In this document: in pieces, positions 24,546-35,186 of the stretch
Numbering within the stretch: the stretch's first letter is position 1
Layout: each line of letters starts with the position of its first letter
Source of the DNA: Psammoneis japonica
Lineage: Eukaryota
Assembly: GCA_008632985.1 (NCBI GenBank)
Contig: QPGO01000008.1
Coordinates: forward strand, 290,979-354,978
DNA: 64,000 bases
Direction: 5' to 3'
Translations under genes and position numbers: made by a program
Notes under the pieces: model-generated
The model's input: only the letters and a program-made list of their open reading frames with translations
The model's database searches: none
What the model was told of the DNA's origin: nothing

Positions 24546-26285
24546 ATGAAATTGTCAAGAAGTCTCTCGCTGTTCCTTCTGGCCGAAGCGTCCGTTCGTG
24601 CTTCTTGCCTTAGAGCTAAACCCGGACAGTCTCATGATGATGCGAGGGAACTCGAAACAACCGAGGTCCGAAACATTACCAACATTCACGGCGACAAGAG
24701 GTTTATCCGCTACTCTCCTTCCAGTAAGTCAGTGGAGTTGTTCCTCAAGGAGGAGTACATTAGCAGCGGCAAGGACGCTGATGAAGGCTTCTTAAATGTC
24801 AACAGGGATTCTCACTGTGGTCCCGAAGCTGCCGTGAACTTCTTTCGCTGGCACGGCGTTGAGGATGAGCTACAGGATAGAGGTTTGTTCCCCGGCGATG
24901 AAAGGGAACTTGCAATATTTCTGGGAGAAAAGATGAAGACAAACAACTGGAAAGAATGGTGGTCTTTCGGCGCCCATCTTTCCGGCACTCCTGTCGGGTC
25001 GTTTGTGCAGGTTACCGACCAATACTACGACATGGCGAAAACCGCAGGTTACGATACCTACTTCGATGATGGGGGCAATCCATCTGATTTGTTTGGTATC
25101 ATGCATGATCTTCTCGTGAAAGGGCAACCAGTTGTTGTTTGCCTTGCAGACATCTTCGCTGATCCGCCATGGATGCACTGGGCTGTGGTGGTTGGCCTCG
25201 TCAAGGATGAAGCTGAAGATGAATACAGGGTGATATTGGCCAACGACAACGATCACAAGTGGGAAGACTTCAAGAGATACTGGCAATGGTACACGATTGT
25301 TGTAGGCTCGTACCCCCGCTTCTTTGCAGACACGAACGCGTTAAAGTCTTATGGAGAGTACTGTCCTACTGGAAACTCGGGTTGCATTTCCAAGCGCTGT
25401 GATCGAGGATCCTTTACTCAAGGCACTCAGCGATGCATCCCTAATGACAATCAAGGCCGAGTTAATGACTACTGCTCACATAAAAACCAGTGCAGCAGCC
25501 ATTCGTGTGTCGGCAGGAAATGCGAAGTAAAGAAGGATGTTGGAGAGTCATGCCCCAGTGGTGACCAACAATGTCACTCTGGTTTCTGCGATGCTGGAAT
25601 GGGTAGCCTAGGCACGACAAAGTGCATTCACCCAAACGGAAGGGGGCCTCTTGGCGATTATTGTTCGCACAAACGACAATGTGAAAGCAAACGCTGCATC
25701 AACGACAAGTGTGCGCCAAAGAAGAAGCTAGGAGAATCCTGTCCGGGAGGGAATGATGACTGCACGACCAACAGGTGTGACCAAGGCTTGGGTACCGCAG
25801 GCACTGCCCGATGTGTCCCCAGGACCGAAGAGGGACGTCTCGGGGATTATTGTACGCACAAAAATCAATGCCGCAGCCTTCGTTGCGTAGATCGCCAGTG
25901 TGCTTCGAAGAAGAACATTGGAGCAACATGTCCTGGAGGAAATGATGACTGCAAGACGAATAGGTGCGACGCAGGATTGGGTACCGCAAACACACGCCGA
26001 TGCATTCCCCAGAGTGGCGAGGGACGCGTGGATGAGTATTGCACTAGCCATGATCAATGCCGTAGCCAGCGCTGCTCATCATCCCGCATTTGTATCCCGA
26101 AGAAGGAACTCGGAGAATTGTGCCTCGGTGGAAATAGTGAGTGCGAGTCGAATAGGTGCGACAGAGGCTGGGGCTCGCAGGGTACGAGCAGGTGTATCCC
26201 TCCGAATTTTACTGGTCAGACTGGCGATTACTGCTCGCATAACGATCATTGCATTAGCAGGCGATGCGTGTCGAACAGCTGCTAG
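24546..26285 (+). CDS. Secreted protein: C39/papain-like peptidase domain plus five ~63-aa 8-Cys repeats
   Basis: Signal peptide and REL motif; SHCGPEAA, MHWAVVVG, VILAND; then five units of GExCPxGxxxCxxxRCDxGxGxxGTxRCxP...GDYCxHxxQCxSxxC. Confidence 0.8.
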   Translation: MKLSRSLSLFLLAEASVRASCLRAKPGQSHDDARELETTEVRNITNIHGDKRFIRYSPSSKSVELFLKEEYISSGKDADEGFLNVNRDSHCGPEAAVNFFRWHGVEDELQDRGLFPGDERELAIFLGEKMKTNNWKEWWSFGAHLSGTPVGSFVQVTDQYYDMAKTAGYDTYFDDGGNPSDLFGIMHDLLVKGQPVVVCLADIFADPPWMHWAVVVGLVKDEAEDEYRVILANDNDHKWEDFKRYWQWYTIVVGSYPRFFADTNALKSYGEYCPTGNSGCISKRCDRGSFTQGTQRCIPNDNQGRVNDYCSHKNQCSSHSCVGRKCEVKKDVGESCPSGDQQCHSGFCDAGMGSLGTTKCIHPNGRGPLGDYCSHKRQCESKRCINDKCAPKKKLGESCPGGNDDCTTNRCDQGLGTAGTARCVPRTEEGRLGDYCTHKNQCRSLRCVDRQCASKKNIGATCPGGNDDCKTNRCDAGLGTANTRRCIPQSGEGRVDEYCTSHDQCRSQRCSSSRICIPKKELGELCLGGNSECESNRCDRGWGSQGTSRCIPPNFTGQTGDYCSHNDHCISRRCVSNSC

Positions 26286-26468
26286 CTAAGTCAACTCACG
26301 GCTGCGAAAGCAAGCGGTTGTCCTTTCGACGATTTGATGGGAAGTGATGACTGAATAATAAGTACTTGTGTGACCAGCACAGCATGAAAGGAATTAGAAC
26401 TCTAGAATGAAAGTAGACGACGATGTTGTTTGACTGTAGGTTTATTTATCTGATCGAAGACTCTCTAT

Positions 26469-26670
26469 CGCCTCACCTAGTTTTGCATACTCTTCTGTTC
26501 TCACTAAATAGAAGTATGTAGATGATAGTACCACGGTAACCTGTAATCTTGGTTTAATCAATGAACGAGTCGTTTCAGCGTACGCCTCACCTAGTTTTGC
26601 ATGCTCTTCTGTTCTCACTTAAATAGATAGATGATAGTTCCGGTAACCTGTAATCTTGGTTTAATCAATG
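26469..26670 (+). repeat. Short tandem duplication (26469-26563 and 26583-26670)
   Basis: Shared CGCCTCACCTAGTTTTGCAT, CTCTTCTGTTCTCACT and CGGTAACCTGTAATCTTGGTTTAATCAATG. Confidence 0.92.
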
Positions 26671-27260
26671 CAGCCGGATACTCATTCTTAGACGACGAAG
26701 CATCGCTATTGTCGTGCCGCCGCATAGCAAGCATGTTGTTGCTACTCCTATTTGTATCAGCCTGTGTGAACAAAGATCCATACCACTAGATTGCTCGCAG
26801 GCGACAGGCGACCTTCAAAATGTGAACGTTGTACGTTGTCTTCCAGTGCTGTGTGCGGTCGATCGGATCGGAGCGGTCACTGTCTGACTTACTGTGTGAC
26901 CAGAAATGTCATTGATGCCGTTTGCAGTCATCATGCCAAGTCCCGTCACAGGACTGAATGAAGTGCCATACGGTCATTACCAACCTTTCTTCAATAAACA
27001 CATAGGAACAGATTTAAGCCCATCTGCTGTCACAAAAACCGGGAGCCTGTGGTCACAAACTCGGCGAACACGAACACAAGTCCATAAAAGCTCTACGGTA
27101 CTGTAGCTACTACTAGCTCTATCATAGCGAGCTCTATCTAGAGTAGAGCCTACCAATACCGGTAATGCCCAAACCCCCATAAACGCATGTTGATTTACTC
27201 GCTACGAAAAAGAAAAGAACAAACGAATAGCAAGAGATAAACAAGATCGTGTAAAATATT

Positions 27261-28469
27261 ATGATGTATCGGGCCATCCAACTCTCATTTGTCTTTGTAG
27301 CGACTGTTTGTTTTGCTTCTCCGGAAAACCAAGGTAAGCTTGATCATGCCGAAATTCGAACTTCTGCCACGAGTTTCTCATGCTCTGGTATTTCTCCCTG
27401 TCTTTCAAAAGACACCAAGCATAGTATTGGTGCTAGAAAGCTAGTCAGTGCGAGAGGAATCTGCGCAAAGTGCATATCTTCGGACTGTTTCCCGGACGGC
27501 AAGCGTATGATCCCTGACGAATGCAGCCAAGAATACGGATGTTTTGGCGATGTGAACTGCAAGCCCTATCAGTGTGGAAAATGTGAACGCGAAGGGTGCT
27601 ACGGACCTACACCTGACTCTAGCAGATGCTCTCGATTCGGTTGTACTATGATAAAAGCAAACTGCATGGAGCGGATCTGCAGGAAGTGTGTCGGTTGCAA
27701 CGACCAAAACCGGGCCTCGTCGAAATGCAAGAAATGCGAATCCTATGGATGTAAAACGATTCAAACAGACGAACGAAAGAACCCCTGTGAAGGATCTTTA
27801 GATGTTGACGCCTGTGAATCGAAGGGCTGCTCCAGATGTGAGAAGAAAGGGTGCGGCCCAAATGGGAGCAGTCCCGATAGTTTATGCATCGCCAAGTTGT
27901 ACTGTGACAAATATGACTGCACCAAGCTCTTGGACCCCTGTAGCCAGTGCAAAAGATGTCTGGCAAGTGGGATAAAGGACGGAAAATGCTTGAACAATTG
28001 CGATATTTGCCAAAAGGAGCGAGCTTGTAAGAATTGCAAAAAGTGCGAAGCAGCCAAAGGCGTGAACAATCGCAGATGTAACAAGCCTTGTGGTATCTGC
28101 GCAGCAAATGTGAGTAAAGAAACAGAGCCAGCTACAGATTGTGATGTTTGCAACAATTGCAAGGCGAATTCTACAAAAAGCAGGACATGCAGAAAGGCAT
28201 GTCAAGGTTGTGTGAGCAACAGCGAAGACGAAGAAGAAAACACGAAACCAAAGCTCGACAACCCATGTGATGCGTGCACAAAGTGTTGGGAAAGCGGCAT
28301 AGACGACGAAAACTGCAAAGTAGGTAAATGCTACATGCGTGCCACCGGAGAGATTGTCTGTAGAGCTTGCCCTGCAGAGCTCGGTTGCAAGACTCGGCTT
28401 CCAGACTCAAAGACTCCTCCAACCCGTCCAGTTGCTTTAATTGATCGCCGTCCTAACGGGCCTCCTTGA
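27261..28469 (+). CDS. Secreted Cys-rich (CxxC-repeat) protein; probable in-frame intron 27334-27411
   Basis: Signal peptide; 78-nt phase-1 GTAAGC...AAG intron; RKL motif; many CxxC units; Pro/Arg tail. Normal TpA and Tyr content. Confidence 0.85.
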   Translation: MMYRAIQLSFVFVATVCFASPENQGKLDHAEIRTSATSFSCSGISPCLSKDTKHSIGARKLVSARGICAKCISSDCFPDGKRMIPDECSQEYGCFGDVNCKPYQCGKCEREGCYGPTPDSSRCSRFGCTMIKANCMERICRKCVGCNDQNRASSKCKKCESYGCKTIQTDERKNPCEGSLDVDACESKGCSRCEKKGCGPNGSSPDSLCIAKLYCDKYDCTKLLDPCSQCKRCLASGIKDGKCLNNCDICQKERACKNCKKCEAAKGVNNRRCNKPCGICAANVSKETEPATDCDVCNNCKANSTKSRTCRKACQGCVSNSEDEEENTKPKLDNPCDACTKCWESGIDDENCKVGKCYMRATGEIVCRACPAELGCKTRLPDSKTPPTRPVALIDRRPNGPP

Positions 28470-28543
28470 GCCTTACCTTTGGTATCCTTAAGGATGGACC
28501 CACAATTGTCCAACCTGCGCAGAACAGATTTTTGCCGAATAAA

Positions 28544-30110
28544 CTAGGTGTATATTAAGAATTTCCTGCTTAAGTGTAGGTAGCTTCGAGATGTCCATTT
28601 CCCCCTACGCCGTCGCTTTGAAGTGAAAGGCAGTGTTCGCACTCTCACGATGATCAACGTACAGTACCTGTTAGCGCAAGGATCCGCAACAAAGGGGCTT
28701 CTACCCTCTCTAATCTCTCGTCTCGACTCTTCTTGTCGTGATACTTGCCAATCATCAGCAACCGGGGACCGATCTCGAAAGATTCTCCGAAGGTCACCAC
28801 AGAACATGCATTTATCTAAATTTATCACAGAGTCTAGACAAAGTTGAACTTGCAAGGATGCGTCTCCCAACGCCTTGCAAATGCAACTCTTTTTGCTCAA
28901 GTGATCGCGAGAATCATTTCGCCGAGGCGCAGTCGCCACGAGTTGGTTGATGCTATTGACCAAAAGACCAAAGCTACACAAGAAGCTGTCCATGAAAGCT
29001 ACTTCTTTCGCCCCATCGGGCTTGGTGCGATTGCTATCACTCTGACCCGTCATGACTCCGCCCCATAGAGCAGCCGAATGCAGATCCGCGAGGTTATCAT
29101 TCATGTCGTTCGCCTTGGAGTGATCAATCTCCCCATAACTGCTTCTATTCCATTTGATAGTGATCACCTGAAGGTGGTCCATCAAATCACGGGTACTCTC
29201 CATCGACTTGACCAATCTTTCGTGCACAGCACCATTACCGTTGACGCATCTGACTGATTCTGCTGTAAGCGGCATACTCATCCCCTTGAGTCCACGTTAT
29301 TGGCAAACGCACTCTCGAGAACCTTCTCTGCTTCTACCCCTTCAAACGTTGAATACCAAAGAACACTGTCGTTATCAGCTAGAGTAGCATCCTTCTTCTG
29401 TGTCTTGAGGAGATTGGAGGCAGAGGCTACTAGGGTGGCCAGCTCACCCGCTTCTTCCTCGCTCGGGATGTCTTTTGACTGACCTTGGATGTCAATCGGG
29501 CAAGTATCTTCGAGAACGCATCGACAATGGCGGCCGCCTTATTCGAGGCCCGTGAAGGAAATTACACAATGGACCCACCAAAACTATGACACAAGCGTAA
29601 AGCCTGAGGATAACCCGGTCCGACAACCTTTGCTCCGCCACTTCTCGTCCGTCCGAACTATTCACGTCTAACCCTTCTCGTTGGGCGTCATGGATGCCCA
29701 TGAAAAGAGCAATTAGGAAGGCCATATGAAACAATCCCGTCATGTAGGTGTCCCTTCTAAGTTTCCATAAATTCCATGAAAATGTGTTCACCAAAACGAC
29801 AACTGGGGTCCAAATCAGCAGCGTCCATGCATAGTCAAGAATGCCGACTCCCAACGTCTGACTGAAAATGCGTTCCACTTCTGGTTCGTTTCGGGATGGC
29901 GGGACTATCGGCACGCCAAATGATGCCAGCGACGAATGGCACCCAGTAACCCACCGGTCTTATCGTGCTGCTACGCCGTCCTGCAACCCATCGAACGAGC
30001 CCACAGCGACGCAATGGTACAGGTGATCGACAAACGAAATGCCGTGTCTTCAAAAAGTTGATAGTGTTTGGCTGCTTGGCGGTGGGATCCTTCTATGGCA
30101 TCCACAACAC
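28544..30110 (-). pseudogene. Fragmented hypothetical gene, copy 1 of a tandem pair
   Basis: Several broken minus-strand ORFs. 29300-30090 is homologous to 30364-30990. Confidence 0.55.
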
Positions 30111-30226
30111 AACGAATCAACAAGATAAGTCAGAGACTACACAATGGATTGAAATAAGAAGTGTTGGAGGCAAAAGCAGTTGTTGAAAAGAGGGTCACAA
30201 AGAAGAAGCGCGGTACTTACAACGTT

Positions 30227-31010
30227 TCAAGCTAAACAAGAGCGAATGATGAGGTGGCGGTGGCGAATCAATTGACTACGGTGGTGGAGGGAGGGGAATA
30301 CTTCCAGACCCCTGATGACACCCTCACTTGTACAAATGCTCATCACCTTGAGACAATGTTCATTGGCAAACGCGCTCTCGAGAACCTTCTCTGCTTCTAC
30401 CCCTTCAAACGGCGAACACCAAAGAACCCAGTCGTTATCAGCTAGAGTTGCATTCTTCTTCTTTGTCTTGAGGAGATTAGAGGCAGAGGCTAGGGCCAGC
30501 TCACCCGTTCTTTCCTCGCTCGGGATTTTTTTTGAATTGACCTTAAATGTCAATCGTTCAAGTATCTTCGAGAAATCATCGACAACGGCGGGCACCTTAT
30601 TCGAGGCCTGCGAAGGGAAAATACAAAATGATCCCACCAAAACTATGACACTCTCGCGTAAAGCGTGAGGCTAGCTCGGTCCGACACCTTTGCTCTCCAC
30701 AACCGGAATCCAAATCAGCAGCGTCCGTTCTTCTTAGTCAGGAATAGAATGCGCTAGGCCGACTCTCAACGTCCTACTGACAATTCGTTCCTTACTGTTA
30801 TGGGATGGCGTTACTGTCATCAAGCCATATGATGCCAGCGACGAACTGCACCCAGTACCCCGCCGGTCTTATCGAGATCGTGCCGTCTCCGCCGTCCTGA
30901 ACCCATCGACGCAACGGCACAGGTGATTGACATACGAAAGGTAATGTCTTCAATAAGTTGCTTGTTTTTGGCTGCTTGGCGGTGGTATCCCCTGCTTGAA
31001 GATGATTCAT
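30227..31010 (-). pseudogene. Fragmented hypothetical gene, copy 2 of the tandem pair
   Basis: Shares TCTCGAGAACCTTCTCTGCTTCTACCCCTTCAAACG and the peptide FVCxSPVPLRR...IRPxGYWVxFVAGIIW with copy 1. Has an in-frame stop and deletions. Confidence 0.6.
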
Positions 31011-31699
31011 GTCGTGGAAGCTTTGATTCGCTCTCTCTCTCTCTCTCACTCTCTCCAGAGAGACGTAGAGTCGTTTAGGTCATGGTGCTGTAGGGGGAAA
31101 TCTAGCCCAACGATCGCTAGAGGCATCCCCTGAATTGCACCATCCAGTGCCCACGGTTCCCAGCTCATTTCGAAAAATGCCACACCTCTATCTTGTAGCG
31201 AGTTAAAGAAAATGAGAATTGGCAGTAAGCGTGGGTTGGAAGCAATCGTCAAGGGCGATAGCTTTTCACGAGCGCTCTTGATGATGTGCCAACACTGCCC
31301 CTTCTCGCGTAAGAGATTTTCTTGTTTCACGCCGTCATCTGAACAACTCTACTTCTACTGTAGTCTCACTTTTGCAATGTGCACCAAGCTTGGCTGCGCG
31401 GACCTGGCGATAACAATTCGAAACATAGGATAGCAATTGCACCGTTGTTTGTTCAGCTATGCCTTGCAACCGTGCCGTACACGTTGGGTCATCAACTTCA
31501 TGCCCCCCAAGCGGCGACTTCCACTTGCTAGAGATTTTATCTTTTCGCTGCAGAGCAACCGGCTCGTCTCTGCTTTAAAATGCGCTGTCTAGCTAGAAAA
31601 ATCCGCAGTGGACACTGAAGCTCCAGCATCATTTTCTTTTAAAAAACTTTGTGCGGATTGCCTCATTGAGACCAGAGATTTCGAACGTCGACACAAACG

Positions 31700-34400
31700 C
31701 TACTCGGTGGTGGTGTGATTGTCGGAGGGATTGAGCTCGAATCATCGCAAAAGCACGTTCAACGTTCATTCCGCGCTTTTTCTGCTGTTTCGCCCGACGC
31801 CAACTGGCCCAGCTCTGAGCAACAGTTTCTTTTGCAGCTGAACGACGAATTTGTGAGATCGAAGAATCGGCAGGTGCATGTGTGTTGTCGGAGACAGCGC
31901 TGGCTTGAAACGAGTGAGGAGTGAGACGTCATGGTCGACGGCGGGCATGTGATGTGGTGCGGTGCGTGGCTCTGGGTGGCGCGCGCGTGGATGTGGCCAT
32001 GGAGCGTCCGTAAAGCGGCCGTTGGAGCGTCCACCTGCCTCCGTACAATCCGAGTATCTTTCTACAGAGGTGTGCGCATTTTGTGCGCATTGTGTGCGCA
32101 TTTTGTGCACAGGCTCCCGGGGTCGAACAAGCATCATCGCGCCTGTTGGCAATGATTGGCGATGCAACTGCAGCATGCACAAAAAAAGAACAGTGATCTT
32201 CCAGAGCACCCTGTGACAGAAAAACCTTGAAGTGGCAGGAAGCAAGGAGGGGAGGCAGCGGCACACACAGAAAAGACCTTTTTTGGTGGTCAGAGGACGC
32301 AGCACAAAACGGCTTTTTGCGTCGAGAGAGCGGCGCCTGGCTTGGGCATGGCGCGGGATCTCTGCTTGCAAAACAAAGTGCTTTTGCAAAAAAGGCTGTG
32401 TGCGCCACATGTTTTGCAGCACACAACAAGGTTGAGAGGGCTTTGTGAGAGGCTGGCGTGGGAGGGGGGGAACAAGAGCCTCCGGACGATCAAAATGTGA
32501 GCGGCCGCCAACAGAAAAAGAGGCGACCCTGCGAGCGTGTCTCTCCCTTCACGCTTGAAGCACACCATCAACAGCTTGCCTGGGTGTGCTCTGCAGACAT
32601 CAAAGAACACACCCAGCGCATTTTCACTCTTGCAAGCATTGAAAATGAAGTGCCCTTGGCTTCACAAAACAGGGGGCATGAAGCAATTTTGCAGAATGTC
32701 GCGCGCAGCCATCTGCGCGCACGACATGCAGCGCGATCCAAAAAACTCTTGATGCCACAGCTTGGCAGTGCTGGGTCCTGCCCACCAGAGCTGGAGCATG
32801 TCTCCGAGTGCTTGTCTGCCCCTCTTTTCAGATGTGCTCCAGCCCGAGGTGGGCGAGGCTGTGCGCGACATTGGGCCCACAGAATGAGCCCACCTGCTGC
32901 ACTTTGGTCACTCAAGCACACTTTGCAAAGGCTGCATGAATGTGCTGAGCAGATGCACTCTGGGTCTGGGCAGGGCCTTGTGCTGCTGCTGAGCTGCGAC
33001 ATTGACAGCTTTTTTGATCATGTCACATGTCGCACGTGCACATTTCTGCACACTCCCAACTGGGAGGTCTGCAAGTGGCACGGAAGAAGACAGAGAAGAC
33101 CTCCCATGGATCGCAACATGACGCTGTGCCAGGCCAGCTGGCGCAGCTTAAAAAAATTGCAACGTGCGATTTTTTTGGTTCCTGGTGCAAAAACGAAAAA
33201 TTCTGCACAGAATTTGCGCAGCCACCATGGCGAATTTGTTTCGCGTCCACCGTCGTTGTCACCTGTTTTCACGAGGTGAGTCACTCAGGACATTGTCGAC
33301 ATTTGTCTGTGGCACCATTGCGTGTTGGCTGAATTTTGACAAGTGCCACTCCGTGCAAGAATGTCGATTTCGATTCCTTCGGTGCATGAGTCTGCCGCTG
33401 TTGTCGTCGTTCCGGTGTGTTTCGTCGAGTTTGTCATTGTCTCCCTCCTCTCATCCCTTCACCTGTGCCTCACTTGTTTCACAATGAATGCAGATAAAAG
33501 GCGCTGATGTGTGTGGCACCTTTGGAGTGTTTGAGACGAGCTCTGGACGTCGCGGCTCGTGGTTGGTGTGTTTCCAACAGACAACAGCGGTCCGGCACTT
33601 GTTCTGTTTGTCCCTCGGTCCGCGCGCAGATTCTTCCCCACGAAAGGGCCTCATGATTTGCTTTGTGGAACATGTTGATGACGCAAACAGTGGTGTTCAT
33701 GGATCATGCATTAAAACACGGTGTGTGAGTTCTCTGGCAAGCTGGGTGGCCTTGCAAGAAATTCCTTGAAGACCTCTCTGCATCCGACGACATTGTGGAC
33801 ACCCTGACCCATTTGACAACCCAGAAAACTTGGCATCATCAGGAGGTCGAAAGACATCAATCTCTTGGAGGACATCTTTGCAGGTTACAACAACGTCATT
33901 CGTGGTGGATCAGTTGGTTTCAAGGAGCATTTGCAGGTGGGAAAAGGACGTGCACGTGGTTGTGCTGGCAGCGTTTGATTTGGAGAAGATTGGTGACAGA
34001 AACATCGCTCCCATGGGAATTGTTCAGACACTGTTGGGTGGGCTTTGTTCTTGCCCGAGGTGCAAAGCATCGTGCGATTGGCCGGGGTTTGTCACTCAGA
34101 TCACTCCATGCAATGAGCAGTGTCGATTTTTTGCATCGAGCCACCTTCATCTGGGAATCAAGCTGGCATCTTTTCACAGTCTTGTTGCAACTCTCTTGGC
34201 TCTTCATTTGTTTTGTTTTCCTGCAGACCTCCTTTTGACTTCAATCCGGCCGTGTCGACGACTCGACCCGAGTTTCCCGATTCGTCACACTTGCGTCATG
34301 CTGGCACAGTCAAGAGAGTGAAAGTTCTGAAAGAGGTCTTTCTTCACTCTTCTGTCAATCAACTTTCCAGTTGAAAGAGATGCACTCGTGTTGTTTTGGA
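31700..34400. other. Unidentified repeat/transposon relic, TpA-depleted but CpG-rich
   Basis: Very few TA between ~32100 and 34400 while CG is common. Short GTGCGCATT tandem units at 32070-32110. Confidence 0.65.
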
Positions 34401-35186
34401 CTGGTGGTGAGTAGACGGGGTGCTGAATGAAGTTCAAAAGCATGAGAGAATCGAACCTCTTGGTGCCGGCCGGTGCAATAAATGGGCGGGAGTGTGGAGT
34501 GTTACCGGCATGGGATTGGGGTGGAGGCCAGACGTTTTGTGCTGTTGCGGCTACGTGATTCGTACGAGGTGCGTAGAAATCACGTAGAAATCTCTCTGTG
34601 CGCCAGTTGAAATGTGTGTTGCGATCCGAGGGGGAGTGCACGGGCCGAATGGATGGTGGGGTAAGGATGATGTCATCTTCACTTAATGTGAAGAGCAAAT
34701 TTCACAGCTGACGTCGTTTGTCCAATCAGATTTCCACACCGCCGTTGTCCCCCGTGAAGATTTTCGTCTGTTTTTTGTCCGTTCGTGCCCACAGGGGCAC
34801 GAAAGGAGGCTGCGCAGGACTGCACCAGCAAATCCTGTAGATGCACGTTTCCATGCCAACAAGATTCATGAACCTCTCAAACGAAAAGAGACAATGGCGT
34901 CGTTCTGGATCAACGCCGCAGTTGCTGCGTCTGAAACCGCAGCGCGCCGCTTTTCTGCTCGTAGACTTGTGCGCTGTCCTGGCACAAAGGTCATTGCATG
35001 CACAGAGTCTACGATGAGGTCATGCTGAAGGAAGAATTCTCGAATTTGAATTCTCAGCAATCAACCGAGTTTGTGCACTTTCTATTTTTTTATGCTGCCA
35101 ACCAAGTCTTACAATCACACATCCCTGATTCTACCTGCACAAGACGACACTGAGATTTCAGTCCACACATAAGTTCACTTGCACCA

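Noticed and set aside
24546..28469. Cys richness of the two secreted proteins as a product of TA->TG mutation
   Set aside because: The region has normal TpA and Tyr, and the cysteines are regularly spaced.
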